A stretch of DNA of 64,000 nucleotides from an uncultured virus (IMG/VR IMGVR_UViG_3300025738_000003) (IMGVR_UViG_3300025738_000003), one strand, 5' to 3'. Counted from the first letter of the stretch, positions 49,969 through 60,964 are shown. Translations and numbers: made by a program. Notes: generated by a model from the letters alone, not told the origin.

Positions 49969-51807
49969 ATGTCGGTATTATCAACACTCGTTATTGATTT
50001 AAAAGGTAACAGCGCGCACTTTCAAAAAGAGTTAAAAAAAGCTAACGCTAAATCTAAATCTTTTGCTAAAAAAGTGCGGGCCAATTCTCAAGCGGTGGTT
50101 AAATCACTGGGCGCAATTGGCACAGTGGGAGCCGTAGCTTTGGGGGCTATTTATCAACAAAGCGCGGCTAATATTGACGCACTGGCCAAACAAGCTGACA
50201 AACTGGGCGTAACTACTCAAGCGTTAGCAGGGTTACAACATGCGGCAGACTTAACCGGCGTTTCAAGTAAAGCACTTAACAAAGGCTTGCTTGATATGAC
50301 GGTCAAAGTGCAAGACGCGGCCAAAGGTACGGGCGAGGCCAAAGACGCATTAAAAGAGCTTGGTTTAAATGCGCAAGTACTCGCTAAAATGTCACCCGAT
50401 CAGCAATTTAAAAAAATAGCCGAAGCGATGAAAAGCGTTGAACACCACGGCAACAAAGTGGCCATTGCTTATGATTTATTTGGCGCTAAAGGTACTGATT
50501 TAATCAATACCTTGGCCTTGGGTGAAGCGGGTTTGAATCAAACAGCCAAAGAGGCTGAATTATTAGGGCTTTCGCTTAATCGTGTTGATGCGGCAAAGGT
50601 TGAAGCGGCCACCGATGCTATGACCAAAAGCGCGGGAGTAGTTAAGGGCTTAGGTAATGCCATTACTGTTACCTTAGCGCCTTATGTTAAAGCGGTTTCA
50701 GACGAGTTTTACAATGCCGCCCTTGAAGCGGGTGGCTTTGGTGAATTCACCACCACAGCAATGAAAGCGGTGGTACAAGCTGTGGGTTATACCGCTAATG
50801 TTATTCATGGCCTAAAAGCCGTGTGGCAAGTAGTAAAGCTTGCCTCGGCTGCTGCTATCACGGGTATTTTAGAGGGCTTAACGTGGTTAGATTCTGGCTT
50901 AACCAGCTTTTTAAACTCATTGCCAGGTGTTGAAGCAAAAGCCAGTAGTTTTTTATCGGGCATGGCCGGTGCTATGCGCGCAGAAATGAACAACATACAG
51001 GATGATTTAACCGCCTTTGCCATGAAGCCTTTACCCCATGACGGCATTGTAAAATGGGCAGAAGAAGCTAAGCGAAAATCAATAGAAGCGGCTGAAATAG
51101 TGGCCGCTGCTGCCGCACAAAGTGGTGGTTACTCGGAAGAACAAGCGGGCATAGGCCAAGCAAGTGAAGACGGAACCAGCACCGATGAAGAAAAAGACAC
51201 CCAAAACAAAAAGCTTACCGCCAAGCAAGGTGACGAACAGAAAAAAGTAAAAAGTCATGAAGAAAAAATCCTCGACATAAAAACCAAAAACAGCAAAAAG
51301 TTTGCCGCTATTCAAGACGCTATTCGCATTAAAAATCTTATTAGAGAAAAAGCCTCACAACTTAAAATCGCCATTGGTGAGGGTTATGTTGCTATTCAAA
51401 AAGCATGGGCTAGTGCGCCGTTCCCTTACAACTTGCCAGCCGTAGCAATGGCAACAGGCTCAACGGCCATGAATGTCGCGGGCATTGCGGGCCTTGAAAA
51501 TGGCGGTAATGTGGGTAATCGCTCAATTGTTGAAGTGGGTGAAAAAAACAAACCTGAATTATTAGAATTTGGCGGTAAAAACTTTTTACTCGGTGGTAAT
51601 GGTGGTGCCGTATTTAATCAATCACAAATGCAATCTGTTAGTGGTAGCGGCGGTGGCGGTAGTGGTGGAAACATTAACATTGAATTAAACAACGTGTTTG
51701 AGGGTGATGTTTCAGAAGACAAAATGAGCGACTTTATCGCCCAAAATTACGAGGCAGTGTATAACGCCGTAGCCAATGCTAAATCAGATCGCGGGGAAGA
51801 GTTTTAA
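49969..51807 (+). CDS. Tape measure protein (612 aa)
   Basis: LVIDL..N...F; Ala-rich; VGE..PELL. Confidence 0.9.
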   Translation: MSVLSTLVIDLKGNSAHFQKELKKANAKSKSFAKKVRANSQAVVKSLGAIGTVGAVALGAIYQQSAANIDALAKQADKLGVTTQALAGLQHAADLTGVSSKALNKGLLDMTVKVQDAAKGTGEAKDALKELGLNAQVLAKMSPDQQFKKIAEAMKSVEHHGNKVAIAYDLFGAKGTDLINTLALGEAGLNQTAKEAELLGLSLNRVDAAKVEAATDAMTKSAGVVKGLGNAITVTLAPYVKAVSDEFYNAALEAGGFGEFTTTAMKAVVQAVGYTANVIHGLKAVWQVVKLASAAAITGILEGLTWLDSGLTSFLNSLPGVEAKASSFLSGMAGAMRAEMNNIQDDLTAFAMKPLPHDGIVKWAEEAKRKSIEAAEIVAAAAAQSGGYSEEQAGIGQASEDGTSTDEEKDTQNKKLTAKQGDEQKKVKSHEEKILDIKTKNSKKFAAIQDAIRIKNLIREKASQLKIAIGEGYVAIQKAWASAPFPYNLPAVAMATGSTAMNVAGIAGLENGGNVGNRSIVEVGEKNKPELLEFGGKNFLLGGNGGAVFNQSQMQSVSGSGGGGSGGNINIELNNVFEGDVSEDKMSDFIAQNYEAVYNAVANAKSDRGEEF

Positions 51808-52367
51808 TGTTATTTCCAAAAAATATTGGTTTTTTACAAGTCGAACCGCTGAGTAATTCCCCTGCCTATATTAGCGAGTCAAAGTCATTGAAAACAGTGA
51901 CCACAAGCACAGGCGCACAGCGTTGGGAATGGACATTAACAACAGACATTTTAAACGAGGTTAATTTTCGTCGCGGCTGGGCATTTTTAAACAGCTTAGC
52001 GGGTAAAACACACACCTTTGACATTCAATTGCCGCTTTTCAGTGAGCCGCTAGGCGTGGTCAGTGGCTTGGTGCAATCAATGGCGAGTCATGGCATTGGT
52101 GAAAATGTTGTTAATTTTACTAATTATATTGCGGAAATTGGCGATTTTGTGCGTTTTGTTGGGCATAGCAAAACCTATCAAATTATTGATACGGCGGGCA
52201 GTTCAGCCACGCTATTTCCACCACTGATAAAACCTGTTAGCAGTAGTGAAGTTGTACAAGTCAGTGACTTGTTATTTACCGCCAGGTTAAACAGTTCAAT
52301 TTCAAAACTAAAAGTGCCCAGCACCAAAAAGGCCAAGTTAAAATTTAAAATTATCGAGGCTTTTTAA
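51807..52367 (+). CDS. Distal tail protein
   Basis: Follows TMP; AQRWE...IEAF. Confidence 0.7.
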   Translation: MLFPKNIGFLQVEPLSNSPAYISESKSLKTVTTSTGAQRWEWTLTTDILNEVNFRRGWAFLNSLAGKTHTFDIQLPLFSEPLGVVSGLVQSMASHGIGENVVNFTNYIAEIGDFVRFVGHSKTYQIIDTAGSSATLFPPLIKPVSSSEVVQVSDLLFTARLNSSISKLKVPSTKKAKLKFKIIEAF

Positions 52368-52368
52368 T

Positions 52369-52929
52369 ATGCGAACGCTGCACCCCGACACCTTAGCGGC
52401 TCTTAAAACTGACCATTTACGCGCTATTTTAATTAAGCTCGATTTCACCCCAACGCCTATTTATTTAAGTAATACCGCCTTTGATGTGGTGCATAACGGC
52501 AACACCTATTTAGGCAATGGCCAACTGCTTAAAATCGGCAAAATACACCAAGACATTGATATTAGAGTATCAACCGTTGAGCTAACCCTCGACGCGGTTG
52601 ACTCGTCATTAGTGTCGTTGTTGCTTGGCTTGCCGCAACACGGGCGAAACGTTGAATTATCACTAGCTATTTTAAACAATAACTATTCGATTATTGGTGA
52701 TGTTATGCCTATGTATTCCATGATCATCGACGGTGCGCCCAGCATTATTGACGACCCCAGCAAAGGCAAAGCTATCATAAAACAAAAAATATCTAGTGAG
52801 TTTGCCAACTGGAAACAAAAAGGCGGCATAAGAACAACACCGGCTAGCTTGCAACGCTTTTCACCAAACGACACGGGCTTTGATTTTGCTGCTGAAAGTG
52901 GCCGCGAATATAAATGGGGGGCAAAGTAA
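52369..52929 (+). CDS. Tail tip protein
   Basis: YLGNGQLL...DTGFDF...WG. Confidence 0.7.
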   Translation: MRTLHPDTLAALKTDHLRAILIKLDFTPTPIYLSNTAFDVVHNGNTYLGNGQLLKIGKIHQDIDIRVSTVELTLDAVDSSLVSLLLGLPQHGRNVELSLAILNNNYSIIGDVMPMYSMIIDGAPSIIDDPSKGKAIIKQKISSEFANWKQKGGIRTTPASLQRFSPNDTGFDFAAESGREYKWGAK

Positions 52930-55900
52930 TGGGTTGGTTATCAAAAAAATGGAAACAAATAAAAGGCTGGTTTACTCCAAGCGAGCCAAAACCACAGGGC
53001 GTAAATGTTGAAAAAAGCGGCACTAATCAAGGCGTGCCCATTATTTATGGTTACATGAGTAAAGCCCCGTGTATTAAAGTATTTAAAGTCACTACCGATA
53101 AAGCCGGAGGCGCAAGTAACGAATACTTGCATTACATTTGTGTGTTTTGCGTGGGCGAAATTGAAGCAATAGGCAAACTGTATTTTAACGACATTCCTGA
53201 AAACCAAATAGACAACAAACGTTATTTTGTACAGCGCTTTAACGGCAGTGAAAGCCAAGCGTATTGCAGCGAGTTATCAGCTGAATTTAATCAATGGAAA
53301 GCCACCGCAACGTTAAAAAATGTCGCTTATGCTTATGTGCGTTTAAAGCAAAACAGCGAGGTGGATTGGTGGAACGGCGAGCCAAGAATATCGGCTAACA
53401 TTCAAGGCTTAAAAGTCTTTGATCCGCGTAATGGACAAACCCAATATAGCGACAATATCGCCTTATGTGCCCTTGATTATTTAACTAACGACAATTACGG
53501 CAAAGGACTCACCGCCAACAAAATAAACAGTCAAAGCTTTGCCAATGCTGCTGACTTTATTGAAACCAGCAAAACATACACCCGTACTGTGTATAAAAAC
53601 TGGTTTGACCCTGAATTAAAGGTATGGGAGAAAATAGTTACCGGCACAGTAGACGAAACCATTATTGAAAATTTAATGACCTGTAATGTCAGCTTGTCTC
53701 CTGAAAATACGCTCAAAAAAAATGTTGAAATATTACTCGGCGGTATGCGGGCAATATTGCCAGAAACCAATGGAAAATACAGGCTAGGCATTGAAAAAGA
53801 TGATGCACCCGTTTTTCCTTTTACTGAACATAACTTAATCGGGCCAATACAGTGCCAAGGCGGTAGCCAAAGTGATCGCTATAATCAGGTTATCATTAAA
53901 TATCGCAATCAATTAACCGGCGAAGACGACGAGGCGGTTTTTCCTGATGATGATGCCTTGCACCAAACATGGAAAACCGAAGACAGCGGCAAACTATTAT
54001 TAGGCGAGTTTGATTTTGATACTATCAACAATAAAGCCGAAGCGCTGCAAATGGGCCATGTTATTGCGTATCGTAGCCGCCAACTGATCGGCGCATTGTT
54101 TACCGGTTTACCTGAAACTATCGTTGTTGAAGCGGGTGACGTTGTCACCTTAGACAGCCAAATATTAGGCTGGAACGCTAAACCGTTTCGTGTTGAAAGT
54201 GTTGATATTGACCTAGAGTCAGGGCGCGTGAGCTTTCAAGGCGTAGAGCATCAAAATTCAATTTACCCGTGGGCCATTGGTGATGTAACCGAAGAGTATG
54301 CCGACACAAGTTTTGCACTGCCACAAAGCATACAAACACCAACAGGGTTAACATTGCTAAGTACCCCGAGTGATAGTGAATACAAGGGCGTGTTGTCGTG
54401 GGACGATCCGAACAATACCGCGGTAACTTCTCACAACATTACTATTTATTCAGTGGGTGACAATGCGGTTGTTCACGCAGAAAACAGCGCCTTTAATGCG
54501 GTTTTTATTCCGCTTTTAACGGTGGGTGATTATCGGGTTGAAGTGGTGGCAAAAAACAGCCTGTTTTTGTCTGACGCTGCTACCTTGTTATTTACGGCAC
54601 AAATACCCAACGCGCCAATATCACTTGGTCTGGTTGCCTCTACTTTTGAAGTAGGCGCAGCACCCACAGTAGGTATTGATAATCACTATGTTAATTTTGA
54701 GCTAATGTTCGGTACGGTTAACAACCGGCTAAATGCGCAAAAGGTTGGTCGTGGTAGAACGTTTACCATTATTGATCGCACCCCTGAAACCACTTATTAT
54801 TTTTGGGCTAAAACCGTGACACCTTTTGGTGATTCGCCGTGGGTAGCGGGCAATATAACCACGGGTGATGGCACCGCCATTGTTGAACTCATTGAAACCT
54901 TATCTAATGAGGCCGTGGTTGAGTTAGAGCAAGATGTTGTATTGCTCAATTCTGATATGAAGAAAATATTAGAATCTCTAATTTGGAACACTACCCAACA
55001 CCAAGAAAAAACCACTGAAACGGCTTTTATCTCTGCTGATGTAAAACAAACCGCCACCGCACTAGCAACCGAAGCACAAGCAAGAGCAACCCAAGGCACA
55101 GCAATTGAAGCCATTATTAACACCGAAAAAGGCCGTACTAGTGCGCTTATCTCGCGTGTTGATCAAGCCACTTCTGATATTAACGGCAATGCCCAAGCGA
55201 TTAGCTTTGTAGATGGTAAGGCTAGCAGCGCGTCAAGTACTGCCAGTTCAGCTTATTCATTGGCGCAACAAGCAAAATCTAGCGCTGACGGCTCAGCCAG
55301 TTCTATTACCGTAATTAGCAACAAAGTTAATGATAGCAGTACAGGACTAACCGCTACCAACTCACTGGCACAATCGGCAAAAATAACCGCTGAGGGTAAT
55401 GTTAGTGCGGTAACACAATTACAAGCCAGCATTGATGACATTGTAGGATCGGGCACTGCCACCACTGCTGAATTGCAATTGGCCGTAGTGGGCAATAAAA
55501 ACCAGATAGAAAGCGTGCAAGCACAAGCCTTTTTGTTTGCTGATGTAAACGGCCGAATATCAGGAGTAAAAGCAACCAGTACAGCCGCCCAAAGTAATCT
55601 TGATTTTATCGGTGGAAATGTACGTTTTTTAAAACAAGACGGTTCAGTGGCTATTTATTTTAATACGGTTACGGGTGAATACGAATTTAACGGTGACGGT
55701 AATTTTAACGGCACAGTACGAGCCGATAAAATTATAGGCGAACAAGCCTCGGGTGCTGCTGTTTCGTTGTCATATATTGAGCTAAGCCAATCATATAAAA
55801 CATTGGTTGGCTTTACCGTGTCTAGCTCGGGGTTTGACCGAGTGATTAATATTCCTAGCCCCTTTTTTATCTCTAACAATAGCAGTGATCCTGATTCAAA

Positions 55901-56138
55901 AATTGCTGTTCAGTTTTTAGCTAACGGCTCGAATATATACCTTGATTCGGCCGTCAGCGGCACCACTGAAAGCGGCTATTTTACCGCCCCGCCCCGTTTC
56001 TATAATTTGTTAGCTAATCGGTCGGTAACAATAACTATACATGCGAAGTTGATCGGCGGTAGCGGCAGTACAGCAATGTTTTCTCAAAACTACGCACCGA
56101 CCGTTTTTAAAGCCAGTGACGAAATAACGTTTAACTAA
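52929..56138 (+). CDS. Central tail tip / host-specificity protein (J-like)
   Basis: VPIIYG, GEIEAI, GLKVFDPR, FN3-like and coiled regions. Confidence 0.85.
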   Translation: MGWLSKKWKQIKGWFTPSEPKPQGVNVEKSGTNQGVPIIYGYMSKAPCIKVFKVTTDKAGGASNEYLHYICVFCVGEIEAIGKLYFNDIPENQIDNKRYFVQRFNGSESQAYCSELSAEFNQWKATATLKNVAYAYVRLKQNSEVDWWNGEPRISANIQGLKVFDPRNGQTQYSDNIALCALDYLTNDNYGKGLTANKINSQSFANAADFIETSKTYTRTVYKNWFDPELKVWEKIVTGTVDETIIENLMTCNVSLSPENTLKKNVEILLGGMRAILPETNGKYRLGIEKDDAPVFPFTEHNLIGPIQCQGGSQSDRYNQVIIKYRNQLTGEDDEAVFPDDDALHQTWKTEDSGKLLLGEFDFDTINNKAEALQMGHVIAYRSRQLIGALFTGLPETIVVEAGDVVTLDSQILGWNAKPFRVESVDIDLESGRVSFQGVEHQNSIYPWAIGDVTEEYADTSFALPQSIQTPTGLTLLSTPSDSEYKGVLSWDDPNNTAVTSHNITIYSVGDNAVVHAENSAFNAVFIPLLTVGDYRVEVVAKNSLFLSDAATLLFTAQIPNAPISLGLVASTFEVGAAPTVGIDNHYVNFELMFGTVNNRLNAQKVGRGRTFTIIDRTPETTYYFWAKTVTPFGDSPWVAGNITTGDGTAIVELIETLSNEAVVELEQDVVLLNSDMKKILESLIWNTTQHQEKTTETAFISADVKQTATALATEAQARATQGTAIEAIINTEKGRTSALISRVDQATSDINGNAQAISFVDGKASSASSTASSAYSLAQQAKSSADGSASSITVISNKVNDSSTGLTATNSLAQSAKITAEGNVSAVTQLQASIDDIVGSGTATTAELQLAVVGNKNQIESVQAQAFLFADVNGRISGVKATSTAAQSNLDFIGGNVRFLKQDGSVAIYFNTVTGEYEFNGDGNFNGTVRADKIIGEQASGAAVSLSYIELSQSYKTLVGFTVSSSGFDRVINIPSPFFISNNSSDPDSKIAVQFLANGSNIYLDSAVSGTTESGYFTAPPRFYNLLANRSVTITIHAKLIGGSGSTAMFSQNYAPTVFKASDEITFN

Positions 56139-56165
56139 TTCAATCAACATTAAATAAGGGATGAA

Positions 56166-58841
56166 ATGACCCAACAAATAGATATTGCTGATTTAACGAT
56201 CACCAAGGGCCAAGCCACCGTTACCGTTAACAGTAACGAAAGCCTGAAAGGTTATAAAGACGGCGACATTATTTTTACCACAGGCAACAAGCCTATTTTC
56301 GTAAAAATAATTACCGGGAAAATTATTACCTTGCGTAGTAATGCCAGTTTTACGGCTAATAACGTAACTGCCGTTTTGATGGCTAATAACGTATCTTTAC
56401 GCGAAGCGCTCACCACAATACAAGAAAATAACAAAGCGTGGTCTGTGCACTTCTCGCCGTTTTTACATTGGATTTCAACCAATGAGCAAACCGCCGATTT
56501 AATTGATTCTAGCGGTAATGTTATCAATGTTTATTCTGCTCAAGGTATGAATGCTTTGGCGGTTAATATTGGCTCAGCGGTTAATGATGCGGCGCAATTA
56601 CAACTTAATGTAAACACACTAACCAGCACAGTGAGCAGTATTCAAAGCTCGCTTGACGCGTCGAAAAATGCAGCTAGAGCCAGTGAGGATAAGAGTAAAG
56701 CCAGTGAGAACGCAGCTAAAACCAGTAAGGATCAAGCCGCCACCAGTGCCAGCGCTGCCGCTACCTCAAAGGCTGACGCGTTTAATAGTAAAAACTCAGC
56801 TAATACGGATAAATTAGCCGCCGCTAATAGTGCCAACGCTGCCAAAACAAGCGAAAACAATACCAGTGACAAGGTAACGTTAGCGAGTCAATACGCTAAT
56901 CATCCCGAAGATGAATATATACCAGGCACAACAGAATATTCTTCGAAGCATTGGAAACAAAAAGCTAAGGCTTTGGCCGGTGGTACTGCCCCCAACTCAT
57001 TAGAGCTTGGTAATAAAACTGCCGCACAGTGGCAACAAGAGGTTGATGATGCGGGGGCATCGTTACCATTACCGTTAGTACACTTGTTTGCGCCTAATGA
57101 GATAGTAAAAACGCTTAGCGGAAAACTTACCAGTGCACGCCTCGGTCCCGCTACATATATTGATAGATACGGGAAATTGATTTATTCGCCTAGTCCAGTG
57201 GTCACTAACGGGGTTCCTTACAGTGAAGATATAACAGATATATCTTGGGAAAAATTAGGCGTTACCGTTACAGGAAATGCAGGAACTGACCCTTTTGGCG
57301 GCATCAATGCAACGTTAATCACTCCAACAGGGGGTGATTCTCTCCACTGTATTCGAGCATTTCAATTAAATTCTGTTTCTGCATCGACGACCCATTCTAT
57401 TTTTGTAAAATACGCTGGTTATAGCACTGTCGCTGTAGGTATTTATTCTGGTGGTCAGTCGAAAGAATGTAAGTTTGATTTTGATACTGGAGCTATTGAC
57501 GTTGGGTCGGTTGGCGGTTCGATGTCTGATATTGTTAGCGGAGGGGCCGAATACATATCAGAGGGGTGGTATCGTATATGGTTGAAAACAAACTTGCAGA
57601 GAACACAGATTATAATAGCTCCTAATTACACAGGAACATTTACGGGAGATACTGACAAAGGTGTGCTGGTTTTCGGTGTGGCAATTGAAAACGGTGTAAC
57701 AGTGCCTAGCGGCTACCTTAAAACCACAGGCGCATCAAAGTCAGGTATTAGTTACCTTGGTATTGATACTTTGCGCATTAACGAAAAAGGTGCGCTGATC
57801 GAGGGTAGTAGCACCAACCTATTCGCCGCTAACAGCATCAAGAGCTATACATTTTGGAATAAAGATGAAAACAACACGCTATTTTTTGATGATAGCGTAC
57901 AAAATATTGACGGCACAATGGGGGCAATACGGGTAACTAACAACGATGTTAATACACGTCGAATTCACAATTCAAGAGCCAGCCCCTTAGCTTACGTTGC
58001 TAACACTAAAGTTACCGCGTCATGTGTCGTTAGAAGCGGTAACGGTGGTGGTTTAAGAGTTCGCTTTTATGGCGATGGTGGATTATTTAAAGGTGATAAA
58101 CTTTATAATATCGGTACGAAAACACCCTCTGTATCATCGCCTAACGTCACTCTACTCAAGGTCGAGCCATTAGCTCATGGCTGGGACAGAGTGTCATTTT
58201 CCTTTGAGTCCGGCGTAAACATTACAGATTTAGTGGCAGAGTTTTACACGTGGGACATTGGCAATATTACTGGTCAGACTATGTATATAGACTACATGCA
58301 GTTTGAAAATATTCCGTTTGCGTCAAGCATTATCATTAGTGGCGCATCCCCCGAAACAAGATCGGCTGACGATGTCAGTATACCTTGGCAGAATAATATA
58401 ACGTTCGATAATTACACTATTACAGCGGAAGTGACCTTACTTTCTAAAGATGAAGTCGTTTCAGGAACTAACGGAAGAAAGTATCTTTATAACATGAAGG
58501 GGTTTGCCATCCATGCTGCCTTTATTGATTCCGTAGGTACAAGGTTTTTCGCGTATGGCGCGGAAGGAACCACGGGGGCAGCATCTAACAGCGCTATTCC
58601 AAATACGCCTAACTTAAAAGTAGCTGTTGTTCGTGGAGCTAGCCCACAACAATTGCAAGTATACGCAGACGGCGAGGGAAGCGGAATAGACACTAGTTTT
58701 ACGGAGAACGTTGTCTTGCCTCCCTCTACTAGTCGCTTTGAAATAGGTAGGCTATCTAGCGTGAGGTATCTATGGGGTTATATCAAAAACTTTAAAATAT
58801 TCGATGTAGCATTAACAGCGGCGCAGGTGAAAAAATTATGA
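56166..58841 (+). CDS. Tail fibre/receptor-binding protein
   Basis: Ala/Ser-rich stalk; domains resembling 34425-35930. Confidence 0.8.
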   Translation: MTQQIDIADLTITKGQATVTVNSNESLKGYKDGDIIFTTGNKPIFVKIITGKIITLRSNASFTANNVTAVLMANNVSLREALTTIQENNKAWSVHFSPFLHWISTNEQTADLIDSSGNVINVYSAQGMNALAVNIGSAVNDAAQLQLNVNTLTSTVSSIQSSLDASKNAARASEDKSKASENAAKTSKDQAATSASAAATSKADAFNSKNSANTDKLAAANSANAAKTSENNTSDKVTLASQYANHPEDEYIPGTTEYSSKHWKQKAKALAGGTAPNSLELGNKTAAQWQQEVDDAGASLPLPLVHLFAPNEIVKTLSGKLTSARLGPATYIDRYGKLIYSPSPVVTNGVPYSEDITDISWEKLGVTVTGNAGTDPFGGINATLITPTGGDSLHCIRAFQLNSVSASTTHSIFVKYAGYSTVAVGIYSGGQSKECKFDFDTGAIDVGSVGGSMSDIVSGGAEYISEGWYRIWLKTNLQRTQIIIAPNYTGTFTGDTDKGVLVFGVAIENGVTVPSGYLKTTGASKSGISYLGIDTLRINEKGALIEGSSTNLFAANSIKSYTFWNKDENNTLFFDDSVQNIDGTMGAIRVTNNDVNTRRIHNSRASPLAYVANTKVTASCVVRSGNGGGLRVRFYGDGGLFKGDKLYNIGTKTPSVSSPNVTLLKVEPLAHGWDRVSFSFESGVNITDLVAEFYTWDIGNITGQTMYIDYMQFENIPFASSIIISGASPETRSADDVSIPWQNNITFDNYTITAEVTLLSKDEVVSGTNGRKYLYNMKGFAIHAAFIDSVGTRFFAYGAEGTTGAASNSAIPNTPNLKVAVVRGASPQQLQVYADGEGSGIDTSFTENVVLPPSTSRFEIGRLSSVRYLWGYIKNFKIFDVALTAAQVKKL

Positions 58842-59221
58842 TTACAGATTATATATTTGCAGTAACAGATTTAGAGGCTTTCAGAGTCTCGTTGTTATCA
58901 ATTGAGTCTGATTTGGTAAGTATTGGCGAAGATGGTGTAGCAACCATTCTCAGCCCGACCACAATGATTAAATACAAGGGGAATCAGTCAGTTGCTATTG
59001 CTAGGATTGATACTAACTCACTGTCTGAACTAAGTAGTTTTGCTAGTATGGTTTTAGTGGGTGAGGCTAAGCAATCATTCATTAAAACTAACGATGATGT
59101 TAATTGGCTCAATGAAGATTTATATCATTCGATTCATAGTATCGAACCGATAACTTATATAGATGATTATGGTTTTGAACAAAGCTATATCCCGTCTAAA
59201 CTTCATTGTGTTTTTGCGTAG
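58838..59221 (+). CDS. Fibre-associated hypothetical protein
   Basis: Coupled to the fibre gene. Confidence 0.6.
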   Translation: MITDYIFAVTDLEAFRVSLLSIESDLVSIGEDGVATILSPTTMIKYKGNQSVAIARIDTNSLSELSSFASMVLVGEAKQSFIKTNDDVNWLNEDLYHSIHSIEPITYIDDYGFEQSYIPSKLHCVFA

Positions 59222-59232
59222 GAATATTAATC

Positions 59233-59598
59233 ATGGGTATTTGGTCTAGTTTATTTGGTAAAGACAATGTTATTCAAGCGGGCATTGATGGCCTTGACAA
59301 AATAGTGCACACCGACGAAGAAAAGTCAGACGCTAAACAAGCGTTTTTAAAGTTATACGAACCGTTTAAAATTGCACAACGTTTGTTGGCTGTTATTTAT
59401 GGCGTGCCTTATGCGCTCGCGTGGTTTGTTACCTTTATGGTGTCATTTTTTACGGACGTATCAAAACAAGAGGCGTTATTGCAGGGCGATATAAGCCGCA
59501 TTGTTTTTGCTATTGTTAGTTTTTACTTTGGTGGTGGTGCTGCTGAGGGTGTTGTTAGAATGTTAGCTAATAGAGGTAAGAACAGTGAAAGAAAGTAA
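59233..59598 (+). CDS. Holin-like membrane protein
   Basis: TDEEK...QR + 2 TM...FYFGG. Confidence 0.6.
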   Translation: MGIWSSLFGKDNVIQAGIDGLDKIVHTDEEKSDAKQAFLKLYEPFKIAQRLLAVIYGVPYALAWFVTFMVSFFTDVSKQEALLQGDISRIVFAIVSFYFGGGAAEGVVRMLANRGKNSERK

Positions 59599-59815
59599 AC
59601 GTCATTATTTAATGCGGGTCTTAATCGCCTTTGACCAGTTTTTTAATGTACTGGTTTTTAATGGACGGCCCGATCATACTATTTCTGGTCGTGTTGGTTA
59701 TTTTGCTATTAAGGGTGAAAAATGGGCGTTGTATTGGGAAAAAATAATTAACACTTTGTTTTTCTGGCAAGCTGATCATTGTAGAAAATCAATTGAATGG
59801 GATGAAATGAAGTAA
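59585..59815 (+). CDS. Small phage protein
   Basis: AFDQFFN...GRPDHTISGRVG...DHC. Confidence 0.7.
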   Translation: MKESKRHYLMRVLIAFDQFFNVLVFNGRPDHTISGRVGYFAIKGEKWALYWEKIINTLFFWQADHCRKSIEWDEMK

Positions 59816-60036
59816 GTACAAGGTGAGTATAAGTTAAGCAAGGCTATGATTAATCATAGATCCTTGCTTTTTTTTGCTGTAGCATAACCGATCATCAATA
59901 TATCGTTCAGGCTATTTAAATAATAAAATAGTGGAAATAATCACATATTGTGATACATTGTGTATCACTTGCCATCGTTGGTGGCTAAAGGTAAGTATTA
60001 AGAAGAAAATTTAAACAATCACCGAAATTCAGACAT

Positions 60037-60134
60037 AAAAAAACCGCTTTTGGCGAGCGGTTGATTTACTAGGTTTAAAATCACAAACCCCATAACAAGG
60101 ACTTGATTTTAAGCTGACGGGTTTCTTTTTGCAA
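60037..60134 (-). ncRNA. Counter-transcribed antisense RNA (copy control) with its promoter
   Basis: Minus strand TTGCAA-17-TAAAAT; terminator AACCGCT-loop-AGCGGTT-T-run in the repA leader. Confidence 0.7.
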
Positions 60135-60157
60135 GAAAAAAATAAAAAGAGCTTAAA

Positions 60158-60964
60158 ATGAGAGTAAAAAATTCAACTCCGGCGTTTACTCGTCCGAATC
60201 ATCAAAAGAATTTACCGTCTTTTTTAGTGGCATGTAACACCATGCTAACCAAGTGCCCTGCGTCGGCGTGGGACGGTTGGCAACTTATTCGCCGTGTTCA
60301 TGGCAAATCATTAATGAATACTCACCGCGCGAGTGCGATCAATTCCCTTTTCATTGCTATTGCTAATCATGTTGATTTAAAGAGCAGCGTGGTTTTTTCT
60401 AATGTTTATGATCTGGCCCATGCTACGGGCTTGGCTACGGTAAGTGCGGCGGGTAATGTTTCAATAACGCGTTGTAGTCGTGCCATAATCGAAATGGAAA
60501 AAGCGGGCTTTCTTGAAACTGAATTGGTTTGGGATCGCGTCTTGGGTTGTCATATACCAAAATTTATTAATGTCACTGATTTGTTTTGGGAGATAGCACA
60601 CCCCGAGGGCACAAAGGGTTATCATGCAGCGCGTGAAAGCCAAATTTCTTACCAAAGGCAAGGTTTAGCAGAGCCAGAGGAATGGTTGACCGTGAGCCAA
60701 GCCAAAGAGCGCCGCCGTAGAATGCACATTAAAACCGCTTTTAAGTTAAGACGCGCTAAACATGAAAAATCAAAGCAGCGAACAGCGGCCAAGAAGCTAA
60801 CCAATGACAACATTGTTGTTTCTCGCGGTAAGATAGGCAAAGAAATACTAGACGAACTTGGCTCTTTACACGGCCTAGACCCTAAAGCGTTTCAGGTGAT
60901 GATCAGCCAACGTTACGCACTGTATAACAAAATAGCAGCAGACCCCGCACCCACAAGGCACTAA
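60158..60964 (+). CDS. repA: Plasmid replication initiator (IncFII RepA-like)
   Basis: HRASAI...LAHATGLATVSAAGNVSITRCSRAI...WD....IPK.I.VT..FW. Confidence 0.82.
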   Translation: MRVKNSTPAFTRPNHQKNLPSFLVACNTMLTKCPASAWDGWQLIRRVHGKSLMNTHRASAINSLFIAIANHVDLKSSVVFSNVYDLAHATGLATVSAAGNVSITRCSRAIIEMEKAGFLETELVWDRVLGCHIPKFINVTDLFWEIAHPEGTKGYHAARESQISYQRQGLAEPEEWLTVSQAKERRRRMHIKTAFKLRRAKHEKSKQRTAAKKLTNDNIVVSRGKIGKEILDELGSLHGLDPKAFQVMISQRYALYNKIAADPAPTRH

